DNA of 64,000 nucleotides from an uncultured bacterium (GCA_964562525.1 CAZLTL010000002.1:82468-146467); one strand, 5' to 3'; positions 9,201 through 19,439 are shown, counted from the first letter of the stretch. Program-made: numbers and translations. The notes: generated by a model from the sequence alone, not told the origin.

Positions 9201-10049
9201 GTGTTAAAAGTTCTTTCCGAGCTGACAAAAATTCGGCTGGTCTTTTTGACCGTGATGAGTGCGATGGTCGGCTTTTATTTAGCGCCCGAAGCTTTCCGCT
9301 GGGGTGATTTTGTTTGGATGACGCTTGGGACCGGTCTTGCCGCCGCCGGCGCGATGGCTTTGAATGAGTGGATGGAGCTGGATGAAGATAGCCGGATGAA
9401 GCGCACGCAAAACCGTCCGCTGCCTACCGGAAAAATCAGACCGAATCCGGCGTTTTGGATTGGATTTGGTTTTTGCGCGGCCGGTTTGGCGCTTTTGATT
9501 TTAACCGGTTCTGAGCTTTGCGCGTTGGTAACCATCGCGATTGTCGGCTCGTATCTTTTTGCTTATACTCCGGCCAAGAAACGCTCTTCGCTCAATACGA
9601 TTTTGGGCGCCATACCGGGAGCGTTACCTCCGGTTGCGGGTTGGGCGGCGAGCTCGGGCGCAGTGCCTTTTCAGGCTTGGGTTTTGGCGAGCATTATTTT
9701 TTTATGGCAGTTGCCGCACTTTTTGTCTTTGGCGTGGGTGTATCGCGAAGATTATGAAAAGGCCGGCTTTGTGATGCTGACCGTGGAAGAAAAAAATCCC
9801 GCGCGCATCCGTGAAAAGCTGATGCTGTATACTTTCGCCTTGGTACCGGTCAGTTTGATTCCGTCTTTGGCGGGCATGACCGGAAAAATTTACTTTTTAG
9901 GCGCATTGGTTTTAGGTGTTTTGTTTTGCTGGAAAGCGGTGAAAGATTTACGCGATCTTGATAAGGGCGCGAAACCTTTTTTTCTTTATTCTGTTTTTTA
10001 TTTGTTTTTGCTTCAGATTTTGATGGTCGCCGACAAAGTTCGGCATTAA
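9201..10049 (+). CDS. ctaB: Protoheme IX farnesyltransferase (heme O synthase, UbiA family)
   Basis: NEWMELDEDSRMKRTQNRPLPTGKI is the UbiA prenyltransferase D-rich motif; second motif ..YREDYEKAGF..; 7-9 TM helices. Confidence 0.8.
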   Translation: MLKVLSELTKIRLVFLTVMSAMVGFYLAPEAFRWGDFVWMTLGTGLAAAGAMALNEWMELDEDSRMKRTQNRPLPTGKIRPNPAFWIGFGFCAAGLALLILTGSELCALVTIAIVGSYLFAYTPAKKRSSLNTILGAIPGALPPVAGWAASSGAVPFQAWVLASIIFLWQLPHFLSLAWVYREDYEKAGFVMLTVEEKNPARIREKLMLYTFALVPVSLIPSLAGMTGKIYFLGALVLGVLFCWKAVKDLRDLDKGAKPFFLYSVFYLFLLQILMVADKVRH

Positions 10050-10055
10050 GGCTTT

Positions 10056-10994
10056 ATGATTCGTATCCAAAATTTGGAATTCAGTTACGGAAAAAGAAAA
10101 GTTTTAAACAATGTTTCCCTCGATATTCCCGAGGGAACGATTTTTGGCATGCTGGGACCCAATGGTTCCGGCAAAACAACTTTGTTCCGAATACTCAGCA
10201 CCTTGCTTTCACCCGAAAAAGGCAGCGCGACCTGGTTTGGGCACGATTTATTTTGCGAAGCTTCCGCGGTGCGTGAAACTCTGGGGATTGTTTTTCAATA
10301 CCCCAGTTTGGACGCACAGCTGACCGTTGAAGAAAATTTAAAATGTCAGGGCGCGCTTTATGGCCTGAGCGGCGCTGATTTAAAACAAAGAATTGAAGTG
10401 CGCCTAAAGAAGCTTGGTGTGTGGGATCGGCGAGGCGATAAAGTCAAAACTCTGTCTGGCGGACTGAAGCGGCGCGTGGAGCTTGCCAAGGCGCTTTTGC
10501 ATGATCCGCAAGTTTTGCTTTTGGATGAACCCTCGACCGGTCTTGATCCTCGCGCGCGCGCCGAGTTTTGGGATTTTCTTTTGGAGATGAACCGCGAAAA
10601 AAAAATGACGCTTTTGGTGACGACGCACATGATGGAAGAAGCCGAAAAATGTTCACAGCTTGTGATTTTGGACAGGGGCGAGGTGATCGCCCAGGGTTCG
10701 CCCGCACATTTAAAAGCGGAGTTATCGGAAGGGTATATTTTAATTGAAACAGCGGCGCAGGATGAGCTTGCCGAAGAAGTGACACGCATATTTCAGGCGC
10801 GCGTTGAAAAAACGGCCCGAGGACTTCGGATTGAAAGCGCCGCGCCTCAAAAACTAATGGCGGATTTAGTGGCGAGGTTTTCCGAAAAAGTAAGTTCGGT
10901 TGCTTTTCATCGGGCTAGTTTAGAAGATGTTTTCTTGAAAAAAACAGGCCGCTCGTTTGACAGCGAGGAAGAGACTATCCATGCAAAAAAATAA
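10056..10994 (+). CDS. ABC transporter ATP-binding protein (ABC-2 / NosF-like exporter ATPase)
   Basis: Walker A GPNGSGKTT, signature LSGGLKRRV, Walker B LLLDEPSTGLD, H-loop. Confidence 0.85.
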   Translation: MIRIQNLEFSYGKRKVLNNVSLDIPEGTIFGMLGPNGSGKTTLFRILSTLLSPEKGSATWFGHDLFCEASAVRETLGIVFQYPSLDAQLTVEENLKCQGALYGLSGADLKQRIEVRLKKLGVWDRRGDKVKTLSGGLKRRVELAKALLHDPQVLLLDEPSTGLDPRARAEFWDFLLEMNREKKMTLLVTTHMMEEAEKCSQLVILDRGEVIAQGSPAHLKAELSEGYILIETAAQDELAEEVTRIFQARVEKTARGLRIESAAPQKLMADLVARFSEKVSSVAFHRASLEDVFLKKTGRSFDSEEETIHAKK

Positions 10995-11757
10995 ATCTCA
11001 GCACGGGGGATGGGGCGCTGTGGGAATGCTTTGGTGGCGCGAAGTGATCCGTTTTTACCGTCAGCCCAGCCGGGTTGCCGCAGCCATTTTGTCGCCCTTT
11101 CTTTTTTGGTTTTTGATCGGGTCGGGCGTCGGGCGCTCTTTTTCGGCAAGCGGAGAATCCTATTTGAATTATTTTTTTCCGGGCTCGATTTTACTTGTGA
11201 TTTTATTTGCCGCTGTTTTCTCGACGATTTCCATCATTGAGGACCGCCGCGAAGGCTTTCTTCAGGCTGTCATGGCATCACCCGTGTCGCGCGCGTCCAT
11301 TCCGCTCGGGAAAATTTTAGGCAGCGCCACATTAGCTTTTTTACAAAGCGGCTTATTCATTCTTTTAGCATGGGTTGCGGGCATCCGTTATTCTGTTGCG
11401 CAGCCTTGGGCGATTGTCGCCGCGGTCGCCCTGGCGTCGCTCTTATTCGCGACACTCGGGTTTTTAATGGCCTGGCAATTCCGTTCAATTCAGGGTTTTC
11501 ACGCGGTGATGAATATGCTGTTGATGCCCATGTGGTTTTTGTCGGGAGCTCTATTTCCTGCGGAAGGAGCTTCCGGTTGGATTCAGTTTTTGATGGCAAT
11601 TAACCCGCTTTATTACGGGCATCAATTTTTAAGCGCAGCTTTCGGCAATGCCGCGGCCGATGCTTCGGGCTCGGCTTTGATTATGCTTGCTTCTGTTTTT
11701 GCTCTTTGGATTTTGGCGGCTTTTCAAGTTGCCAAGAAAAAAGGAATGGATTCTTAA
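10981..11757 (+). CDS. ABC-2 type transporter permease (NosY-like)
   Basis: Six-TM hydrophobic profile; overlaps the stop of the preceding ATPase gene; the track start is 10957. Confidence 0.7.
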   Translation: MQKNKSQHGGWGAVGMLWWREVIRFYRQPSRVAAAILSPFLFWFLIGSGVGRSFSASGESYLNYFFPGSILLVILFAAVFSTISIIEDRREGFLQAVMASPVSRASIPLGKILGSATLAFLQSGLFILLAWVAGIRYSVAQPWAIVAAVALASLLFATLGFLMAWQFRSIQGFHAVMNMLLMPMWFLSGALFPAEGASGWIQFLMAINPLYYGHQFLSAAFGNAAADASGSALIMLASVFALWILAAFQVAKKKGMDS

Positions 11758-11924
11758 ACCTGCTTGATCAAATCTTTGCCCCGCTCGGACAGTTGCGTCC
11801 TTGCGGCGCAAAACTCGCAGGGCTAAAGATTTTGACTCAAACAGGTTTTGTGGGCGAGGTCGGTAAGCAGAGCTTCGCCCGTTATGATTTGTGCTCATAA
11901 ATTCGTGCTAAGGAAAAGAATAAA

Positions 11925-12515
11925 ATGAAAAAATGGCAGTTAATTTTGGTTGCGGTGATGCTGGTTGCGGCGGCATTTTGGGCTTCGGTAAAAAATGTTA
12001 AAACGGAATTGCCCGATTATGGCCCTGTTCCTGCTTTTGAATTTCAGGATCAAAGCAGCCAAACCTTTTCGAGCGCTGCCTTGGAAAATAAAGTTTGGGT
12101 AGCCGGATTTATTTTTACGCGCTGCATGGGGCCTTGCCCGATCATTTCGGCTAAAATGGCTGAGCTTAAAAAGCGTTTGAGTTATTCACCGCGCTTTGCG
12201 TTGGTTTCGTTTTCTGTCGATCCCGAGCATGACACCCCTGAGAAATTAGCCTCTTATGCTGAGAAGTTTAAACGAGAAGGTAAGCCCCAATGGCATTTCT
12301 TGACGGGCGCCAAAGAAAAAATCTATGAGTTGGCGGTACAGACATTTAAGCAAACCGCGTCAGAAGATATTCAGCAGTCCGATGTTCAGCAGAAGTTCAT
12401 GCATGGAACCCGCTTAGTGCTGATCGATAGCCAAGGGCGCATACGCGGTTTTTATGACAGCCAAGATTCCGCGATGACGAATCATCTCGAGCGGGATATC
12501 CGGGCTATTCTTTAA
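11925..12515 (+). CDS. SCO1/SenC family copper chaperone (thioredoxin fold)
   Basis: N-terminal TM anchor; ..GFIFTRCMGPCP.. CxxxC motif and a conserved downstream His, typical of SCO1/SenC. Confidence 0.75.
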   Translation: MKKWQLILVAVMLVAAAFWASVKNVKTELPDYGPVPAFEFQDQSSQTFSSAALENKVWVAGFIFTRCMGPCPIISAKMAELKKRLSYSPRFALVSFSVDPEHDTPEKLASYAEKFKREGKPQWHFLTGAKEKIYELAVQTFKQTASEDIQQSDVQQKFMHGTRLVLIDSQGRIRGFYDSQDSAMTNHLERDIRAIL

Positions 12516-12528
12516 TAAAGGTTATCCA

Positions 12529-12942
12529 ATGCAGTTATCTGATTTTCCGGCTTTAAACGCCTGTCTTAATTCCACTAGCGCTGTTTTTTTATTGCTGGGC
12601 TTTTACTTTATTAAAAACAAAAAAATCAATGCGCATCGGGCTTGCATGCTCATTGCGGCCGTCGCTTCCACGGTCTTTCTGATTTGTTATTTGTATTATC
12701 ACTATCATCATGGTTCGACTAAATTTCAGGGGCAGGGATGGATTCGCCCCGTTTATTTCACCATTTTGATTACCCATACCATTTTAGCCATGGTGAATTT
12801 GCCCATGATTATCAAAACTTTTTGGTATGCTCTTCGCGGCGATTTTGAAAAGCATAAAAAAATAGCCCGCCTCACATTTCCGGTTTGGCTGTATGTGTCC
12901 GTGACAGGCGTTATTATTTATTTAATGCTTTATCGTCTTTGA
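12529..12942 (+). CDS. DUF420 family membrane protein (commonly linked to heme-copper oxidase loci)
   Basis: Four TM helices and a 137-aa size; position after SCO1 in an oxidase-assembly cluster fits the family. Confidence 0.55.
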   Translation: MQLSDFPALNACLNSTSAVFLLLGFYFIKNKKINAHRACMLIAAVASTVFLICYLYYHYHHGSTKFQGQGWIRPVYFTILITHTILAMVNLPMIIKTFWYALRGDFEKHKKIARLTFPVWLYVSVTGVIIYLMLYRL

Positions 12943-13118
12943 AAAGGTTCTAAACTAGCAATTGCGCCTTGTTTATGGTCGCAGACCACATCCAAATACT
13001 TTTGAGAGAACAGTCAAAAATGGCGGTTTTCTGCCGATAAGAGTTCTTTAAAACGTTATTATTTCGATCAGCGGTTGTGCTTTTACGCACAGAGCTAAAC
13101 AAAATCGCAAGGAGCTTT

Positions 13119-14636
13119 ATGAATATTCAAATTTCGTCTTTATCCAAACTTTCCGGCAATGCAGATTTATTTTTTATCGGAGCCTTTGAAGGCGAAGACT
13201 TCGAAAAGTCAGCGGCGAAGATTGAGCCGGCGTTGGCTTCTGTTTTAGATGACGCAAAAGGGCGTAAACGTTTTATTGGCGCCTTTGATACCTCCGTCGA
13301 ATTATATGGGCAGTCTTCCAAGGCTGCCGAAGTGATCGTGCTCGGACTAGGACAAAAGAAAAACTACCGTTCTCTCTGCCTTCGAAAAACCATGGCAAAA
13401 ATCGCGCAGGTTGCCGCGGCGCGCAAAGCCAAAAAAGTACGCGTCGCGCTTGAGAGCTTTTCGGGCGGAAGCGTGAAAGCCGAAGATGTTGCCGCGGCCG
13501 CGGCGGGCATGCCGTATTTGGCGCTTTATAAATTCGATGCATATGTTCAGAAAAAGAAAGATGTCAAAGGCTGGCGCGACGGGCTTCCGCAAACCATCGA
13601 GCTTGTGGCCGCTTTAAAGCAAAATCCGAAAGCCTTGAATCAAGCCGCGGAGCGCGCTGAAAAAATCACGGAAGCTGTGATTCGCGCGCGCGATATCAAT
13701 AATCAACCCGCCAATATTATGACTCCGCAAGAGCTTGCCGAAACTGCGGAAAAGCTAGCCAAAGAAAAAAAATTGGGCTGCGAAGTTCTTGGCGTCCCGG
13801 AGCTGAAGAAAAATAAGATGGGCGGAATTTTAGCCGTGGGACAGGGCAGTGAAAACGCGCCGCGTTTTGTTGTCTTGGAATACGGAAAAGAATTCAAATC
13901 CAAAGGAACAATTTGCTTGGTCGGTAAAGGCGTTACCTTTGATACCGGCGGAATTTCGCTCAAGCCCGGCGCGCGCATGGAAGAAATGAAATATGATAAG
14001 TCCGGTGCGGTTGCCGTAATTTCCACGATGGGATTGCTGGCGGACTTGAAACCTTCCGTGCATGTGGTCGGATTAACTCCTCTCGTGGAAAACAATGTTT
14101 CCAATAATCCGCAACGCCCCGGCGATATCATTACTTTTATGAATGGCAAAACCGCTGAAATTTTGAATACGGACGCTGAGGGACGGCTTATTTTGGCGGA
14201 TGCTTTGGTGTATGCCGCGAAGTATGAACCTAGCGCGATTGTGGATATCGCGACTTTAACCGGTGCGGTTGTGGCAACGTTGGGAGATAAAGCTTCCGGT
14301 ATGTTGGGCAATAATGAAAAGCTAAAAAGCCAAATTCAAAAAGCCGGCGAAGCGGTAGGCGAGCGCGTTTGGGAATTACCGCTTTGGGATGAATATGGTG
14401 AAGCCATTAAGGGGCACCACAGCGATCTTTACAATATTGGCGGTCCTTACGGCGGAACCATTACCGCGGCGATGTTTTTAAAGGAATTTGTGCCCGAGAA
14501 CACACCTTGGGTTCATTTAGATGTAGCCGGAACAGCCTGGGCTACGGCCAATAAGTTTGATTGCCAAAAAGGCGCTACCGGCATGGGCGTGCGCCTTTTC
14601 ACCGAGTTTGTGGCGAATTGGAAGAAATTGAAATAA
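13119..14636 (+). CDS. pepA: Leucyl aminopeptidase (M17 family)
   Basis: NTDAEGRLILADAL M17 signature and GKGVTFDTGGISLKP; SD AAGGAG precedes ATG 13119; the track start is 13077. Confidence 0.85.
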   Translation: MNIQISSLSKLSGNADLFFIGAFEGEDFEKSAAKIEPALASVLDDAKGRKRFIGAFDTSVELYGQSSKAAEVIVLGLGQKKNYRSLCLRKTMAKIAQVAAARKAKKVRVALESFSGGSVKAEDVAAAAAGMPYLALYKFDAYVQKKKDVKGWRDGLPQTIELVAALKQNPKALNQAAERAEKITEAVIRARDINNQPANIMTPQELAETAEKLAKEKKLGCEVLGVPELKKNKMGGILAVGQGSENAPRFVVLEYGKEFKSKGTICLVGKGVTFDTGGISLKPGARMEEMKYDKSGAVAVISTMGLLADLKPSVHVVGLTPLVENNVSNNPQRPGDIITFMNGKTAEILNTDAEGRLILADALVYAAKYEPSAIVDIATLTGAVVATLGDKASGMLGNNEKLKSQIQKAGEAVGERVWELPLWDEYGEAIKGHHSDLYNIGGPYGGTITAAMFLKEFVPENTPWVHLDVAGTAWATANKFDCQKGATGMGVRLFTEFVANWKKLK

Positions 14637-14730
14637 AACGCTCTTTTCGGCTAAAATTTCAAGACTGAAGTTCTGAAAATAAAGGCCGATAATTCAGGGT
14701 GGATTCAATCATTCTTTCTGAGGAGGCATT

Positions 14731-15204
14731 ATGAAAAAACCGGTTTCATTCTTTATTTTTATTCTCATGGCATTGACTTCAATTTCCTTGCCGGCCCGCG
14801 CTGAGGGTATAAAACAGGGCGTTTCGTCCTTTGTTTTGCCGACCACCGGACAATATATGAACGGTGAGTTCAATGATGGTAAAACGAAGCTAATGGCGAC
14901 GATGGAAGTGGCCGCCATTACGACGACGGTGATTTTAGCGAGCGTGGTCGGTGGGCCGGTGGTTTGGGCCGGCATCGGACCGTTGATCGCGAATCATACC
15001 TGGAGCGGTTATGATGCGTACAAAACTGCCAAAGAGAAAAATGATCCCTATACCAACTATAATAATTACGGCGACCAGCAGGTGTATGACGCGCGCCGCG
15101 ATTTAGATTTAGCCCGTCAGCAGCGCTACGATTATTCCAACAATCAAAATTTGAGTTTAAGAGAGAGAATGCGTCTTGCGGCCGAACAAGCCAGCCGCGG
15201 ATAA
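14731..15204 (+). CDS. Hypothetical secreted protein
   Basis: Signal peptide MKKPVSFFIFILMALTSISLPARA; no recognisable domain; followed by a rho-independent terminator. Confidence 0.5.
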   Translation: MKKPVSFFIFILMALTSISLPARAEGIKQGVSSFVLPTTGQYMNGEFNDGKTKLMATMEVAAITTTVILASVVGGPVVWAGIGPLIANHTWSGYDAYKTAKEKNDPYTNYNNYGDQQVYDARRDLDLARQQRYDYSNNQNLSLRERMRLAAEQASRG

Positions 15205-15220
15205 AAGCTAATTATTTAAT

Positions 15221-15264
15221 AAAGCCCCGCGGCTTGATTTTAATCAGCCACGGGGCTTTTTTCT
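15221..15264 (+). terminator. Rho-independent terminator after 14731..15204
   Basis: Stem AAGCCCCG / CGGGGCTT with a long loop, followed by TTTTTTC. Confidence 0.5.
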
Positions 15265-15265
15265 T

Positions 15266-16597
15266 ATGGAAAATCCTTCAAAACCCATAGCCATTCCTGT
15301 TTCGCGGATTCTTTCGCAGCTCAAGTTTGCATCTAAAGCTTGGCGTGAATGGAGCCGGGACCGTTCTTTGCCCGCGGACCGTTTACTGGCCAACGTTTTT
15401 CTAGAGAATCGCAAAGTGCTGGGTTCCCGCGACCGTAAGTTTATTTCCGGCTGCGTCCATGAAGCTTTGCGCAATTTCACCTATTACGATTATTGGATTC
15501 AAAAATTCGCGCAAAGCGATGTGCGTGATCCCGTGAAATACGCGAAGTTTATTTGTTTGATGGGTGCTGCCAGCGACGGCTCGGTGGACGCTCCGCTTTT
15601 CACATCGGTTTGGAATGAAATTAAAGATCAGGCTCAGCTCGATAATCCCGCGCAATTATTCGACGTCATCCGCGAGAAAAAAACAATTCAAGCGGAAGCC
15701 GATGTTTCGCGCTCCGGATGGCTGGCGCTCAGATATTCATTTCCGGTTTGGCTGGTTGAGCGCTGGATCAAGGCTTGGGGCGATGCGGAATGTGAAGCTT
15801 TGCTGAAAGCAACGCATGACCGGCCGCCGCTCGTGATCCGGGTTAATACGCTTAAAATTACCCGTGATGGTTTGATCAAAAGTTTGCCCGCAGAATTTGC
15901 CGCCGAAGCCATGCCGAAGACTTCGACCGCGATTTCTTTTCCTCAGCATGTTTCTCTCAAGGGCACCGAGGCTTTTTTGGGCGGCGACTTCGAGGTTCAA
16001 TCCGAAGCCAGTCAGCGTGTGATTGAAATCGCGAATCCTCAGCCCGGTGAAAAAGTGTGGGACGTTTGCGCGGGTAGCGGCGGAAAAACATTACATCTTG
16101 CCGCGATGATGAAAAACCAAGGCGTCATTTACGCGACCGACCTGCGTTCTTTGGCGCTTAAAGAGCTCAAAGTTCGCGCGGACCGCGCGGGCGTTAAGAA
16201 CATCAAAGTCGCGGATGTGCAGCGCTTTTACAAGCGCGAGACCGACGAAAAATTTGATAAAATCTTCGTGGACGCGCCTTGTTCCGGTACCGGCACGCTG
16301 GGCCGCGCGCCTGATCTTAAGTGGCGCCTGAGCGAAGGCAGTTTTAAAGAGCACGCTAAGACTCAGCTTGAAATTCTGGAGATGACATTGCCTTATTTGA
16401 AAGAAGGCGGAAAAATATTTTATATGACCTGTTCGATTGATACGGAAGAAAATGAACAAGTCGCCCAAACTTTTTTGACCCGTCATCCCGGGCTTGCGCG
16501 TGACGCGGCAACGGGTGAGAATGGTTACCGGGTTTGGCCGCACCGCGAAAATACGGATGGTTTTTTTATGGCAGGGTTTGTTTTGAATAAAAAATAG
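15266..16597 (+). CDS. rsmB: rRNA cytosine-C5 methyltransferase, NOL1/NOP2/Sun (RsmB/RsmF) family
   Basis: SAM motif ..VWDVCAGSGGKT.., ..DAPCSGTGTLGR.. with the catalytic Cys, and the PRE C-terminal region. Confidence 0.7.
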   Translation: MENPSKPIAIPVSRILSQLKFASKAWREWSRDRSLPADRLLANVFLENRKVLGSRDRKFISGCVHEALRNFTYYDYWIQKFAQSDVRDPVKYAKFICLMGAASDGSVDAPLFTSVWNEIKDQAQLDNPAQLFDVIREKKTIQAEADVSRSGWLALRYSFPVWLVERWIKAWGDAECEALLKATHDRPPLVIRVNTLKITRDGLIKSLPAEFAAEAMPKTSTAISFPQHVSLKGTEAFLGGDFEVQSEASQRVIEIANPQPGEKVWDVCAGSGGKTLHLAAMMKNQGVIYATDLRSLALKELKVRADRAGVKNIKVADVQRFYKRETDEKFDKIFVDAPCSGTGTLGRAPDLKWRLSEGSFKEHAKTQLEILEMTLPYLKEGGKIFYMTCSIDTEENEQVAQTFLTRHPGLARDAATGENGYRVWPHRENTDGFFMAGFVLNKK

Positions 16598-16606
16598 GGA
16601 GGCGTC

Positions 16607-16966
16607 GTGAAAAATCGAATGAGTTTGTTTTTATTATTGGTTCTTCTTATTCCCGCGGTTTGTTTTGCGTCAGAGACGGGTGAAAAAAAGCGCGGTATTG
16701 TTTCCGGAATTTTATTTTTGGAAGGCCGCGGTTTTTCAAATTTTTTACTCTTTCCGGCTGAATGGGGACATTTACCCAAATCGGAAACAAACGGAATCAT
16801 CGGGTATTTCCCTGTTCTGCTAACGCACACAACTGCCCGCATTTTTTCAGGCGCTGCGGATATTGTTTTTATGCCGCTGATGTATCCCTTCAGCAAGTAT
16901 GATGATTCGATTCCGAAGAGTATGGGATGGGGCGAATTTCCTTGGCAAAAACCAAGCGAATCCTGA
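16607..16966 (+). CDS. Small secreted protein, member of a three-copy paralogous family
   Basis: Signal peptide; shares a K+xGxVxG..N...P.. and ..R..G..D.V..P...PF pattern with 18593..19210(-) and 37555..37899. Confidence 0.5.
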   Translation: MKNRMSLFLLLVLLIPAVCFASETGEKKRGIVSGILFLEGRGFSNFLLFPAEWGHLPKSETNGIIGYFPVLLTHTTARIFSGAADIVFMPLMYPFSKYDDSIPKSMGWGEFPWQKPSES

Positions 16967-17091
16967 AAAAGGCCCTCGCTTCATTGCGTCCTTCGCTTTC
17001 TCCCGCGATGTATTCATCAATACACCTTGGTCGGGTGCTTGGATGCGCCTAGCGTCTAATCCTTTTTGAGCTATTTCATATACAGCTGCCC

Positions 17092-17832
17092 ATGAAGTCT
17101 GAGAATATCTACATCATTCTTTCGCACCCCTTCAAGGCGGATAATATCGGGTCCGCCGCAAGGGCGATCAAGAATATGGGGTTTTCAAATTTACGGATCG
17201 TGGCGCCGCGCCGCAATTGGCGTAAAAGAGCCGCGGTTCTGGCTTGCAACGCCCAGGATATTTTAAAAAACATGGAAGTTTTTCCGACATTATCCGCGGC
17301 CGTACAAGATTTGAATTGGACCGTGGGGACAACTTGCCGGATGGGATCACGGCGCGGAAAATTTATCGGATTCAGCCGTTTTGTTGAAACCGCGAAACAA
17401 AAATCTTCAGCTCTTAAAATAGGAATTGTTTTTGGCCGCGAAGATAAGGGGCTTAATAATGAAGAACTGGATTGCTGCGATAAGCTGGTTAGCTTGCCTG
17501 CGGATGAGACTTACCCTTCGTTGAATCTCGCCCAGGCAGTGATGGTGACGGTTTTTTCATTGGCGCGTGAAAAGCTTGCGGGCGTTTCAAAGATCGGAGC
17601 ATTTGAAGAAAAAGCAGATACTTTGCTGGATAAAGCGGGCATTCAAAGCGCTTTGAGTCTTATGGCAGAAGCCTTAGAATGTGTGGGTTTTTATAAAGGC
17701 AAAGACGGTAAATTAGACCGGATTATGAAAATGACGGAAGCGCTTTTTAAGCGCGCCGGCATGCATCAGTATGAAGCGCAAATGATCAAAGGCGTTTCAG
17801 CAAGGCTGATTCAAAAAGTTTCAGAGAAATAA
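17092..17832 (+). CDS. SpoU/TrmH-family RNA 2'-O-methyltransferase (TrmJ-like)
   Basis: ..IILSHPFKADNIGSAARAIKNMGFSNLRIVAP.. and ..GIVFGREDKGLNNEEL..LVSLP.. SPOUT motifs. Confidence 0.7.
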   Translation: MKSENIYIILSHPFKADNIGSAARAIKNMGFSNLRIVAPRRNWRKRAAVLACNAQDILKNMEVFPTLSAAVQDLNWTVGTTCRMGSRRGKFIGFSRFVETAKQKSSALKIGIVFGREDKGLNNEELDCCDKLVSLPADETYPSLNLAQAVMVTVFSLAREKLAGVSKIGAFEEKADTLLDKAGIQSALSLMAEALECVGFYKGKDGKLDRIMKMTEALFKRAGMHQYEAQMIKGVSARLIQKVSEK

Positions 17833-17844
17833 TAAGGAGTATTT

Positions 17845-18393
17845 ATGGATGAAAAAGAATTAAAAGCCGCGTTGCTTAAACTGATTTTAGAAAAAGCACT
17901 TCGTCGCGGGGACTTCACGCTTGCCTCCGGAAAAAAGGCCTCATTTTATTTGGACGGAAAACAAATCACGCTGGATCCGCAAGGGTTGTTTTTAACCGGC
18001 AAAGTTATTTTAGCCATGCTGCATGGAGTTAAGGTGGACGCGGTTGGCGGACCGACCCTGGGGGCGGACCCGATTGCCGCGGCGGTATCGCTTTTGAGTT
18101 CTCAGAGCGGTAAACCATTGCGCGCGTTTATTGTCCGCAAGGAAGCTAAGAAACACGGAACGCAAAAAATGGTGGAAGGTCCCGCGATTCAGCCCGGCGA
18201 TCATGTGGTCATGTTGGAAGACGTGATTACGACAGGCGGCTCCGTTTTGAAAGCGATTCAGGATGTTGAAGCGCTTGGTGCTAAAGTTGTAAAAACAATT
18301 TGCCTGGTTGACCGCAATGAAGGCGCCGCGCAGACGCTTGATAAATACGGTTACTCGCCGATTTTCACTCTCGAAGATCTCGGCGTCTCGTAA
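17845..18393 (+). CDS. pyrE: Orotate phosphoribosyltransferase
   Basis: ..GDFTLASGKKASFYLD.. and PRPP-binding motif VVMLEDVITTGGSV; followed by a strong terminator. Confidence 0.7.
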   Translation: MDEKELKAALLKLILEKALRRGDFTLASGKKASFYLDGKQITLDPQGLFLTGKVILAMLHGVKVDAVGGPTLGADPIAAAVSLLSSQSGKPLRAFIVRKEAKKHGTQKMVEGPAIQPGDHVVMLEDVITTGGSVLKAIQDVEALGAKVVKTICLVDRNEGAAQTLDKYGYSPIFTLEDLGVS

Positions 18394-18411
18394 GTTTCGT
18401 TTCTTTTAAGT

Positions 18412-18457
18412 AAAAAGGCCGCACTGATATTTTCAGTGCGGCCTTTCTCTTTTTTAT
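18412..18457 (+). terminator. Rho-independent terminator after pyrE
   Basis: AAAGGCCGCACTGA..TCAGTGCGGCCTTT 14-bp stem followed by CTCTTTTTTAT. Confidence 0.75.
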
Positions 18458-18540
18458 GATTTACTGCAAGTGCTCTGGGTTTGCGGTTGCGCCTGTTAAG
18501 GCGCAGAGCAAAATATGATGAACAAATCTTATCTATGAAA

Positions 18541-18581
18541 AGAAAAAGCCCCGTGGAAGATTCCACGGGGCTTTTATTTTC
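18541..18581. terminator. Bidirectional terminator hairpin (serves the minus-strand gene 18593..19210 and the + strand)
   Basis: GCCCCGTGGAA-GA-TTCCACGGGGC flanked by an A-run 5' and TTTTATTTT 3'. Confidence 0.7.
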
Positions 18582-18592
18582 GCTGGCGAAAA

Positions 18593-19210
18593 TTATTTGT
18601 TCACGTAGCGTGCGCTGCCTGAACCGTACGGAGAACCGTTTTTATCAACATAACGGTTGTTCTTGTCGACATAAGCGTTGCTGTCCGTTGCCCAAGTTGT
18701 TGAACCTGCGGGAGCTGCGGCCCAAGTGCCTGCGGCTGCCGGAGCAACATACTGTGAACCTTCCCAATTTTTTCCGGCATCGGGTGATTCAAGACAGTTA
18801 GTGTAGGAACGAGAAACGGGAATACCATTAAACGAAGGAACCCAGAAAGTTGCAACGTCGATGATACCTGAACCCGCGCGTACAACGGTGCAGCCCAAGC
18901 CACTTCCGAGACCGGCCAAAGTACCGATAATCGGCGGACCGCTTTTGGTCTTATCAACCGTTTGAACGATAAGATCAACAGGGCTTGTGATTACATTGAG
19001 GAGTCCGCGTCCAACCATTCCCAAAGCTTTGCGGCCGTAAGAAGGTGATTCTGCCATGGTCCAAACATCCGCTGCATGCGCGTTCGGTGTCATCATAGCG
19101 AGAATTAAGAAAAGGCATCCCAGCCCTTTAAGTGATTTCATGCGTTCCTCCTTAAAAAAGTTCCAATAAAAAAATAGATTTCGTGCGGACAATAGATGCA
19201 GATGATACAT
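18593..19210 (-). CDS. Secreted protein, longest member of the three-copy paralogous small secreted family
   Basis: Signal peptide MKSLKGLGCLFLILAMMTPNAHA; core ..YGRKALGMVGRGLLNVITSPVDLI...VATFWVPSF aligns with the 37555 and 16607 proteins; has a Tyr/Asn/Gly-rich C-terminal tail. Confidence 0.5.
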   Translation of the reverse strand: MYHLHLLSARNLFFYWNFFKEERMKSLKGLGCLFLILAMMTPNAHAADVWTMAESPSYGRKALGMVGRGLLNVITSPVDLIVQTVDKTKSGPPIIGTLAGLGSGLGCTVVRAGSGIIDVATFWVPSFNGIPVSRSYTNCLESPDAGKNWEGSQYVAPAAAGTWAAAPAGSTTWATDSNAYVDKNNRYVDKNGSPYGSGSARYVNK

Positions 19211-19439
19211 GGAAGACTAGGTTGAATCAATATTTTTAGTGGTGGTTTTTAGAGTGAGATTTTTCCGAAGTCATTGGCGCATGTGTTTTTGCAAACAGAG
19301 GAGTATTTTTTTTAGCGTTGATTTTGGGTGTTCTGTCACGGAAGTTTGTATGAGAAGTGCGCTGGTTGTTTTGAGTCCAAAAGCCTGTTTTTTGTGTTAA
19401 AACGCGCTTGGAGACTTTAATCAACAAAAAAGTCGCATT

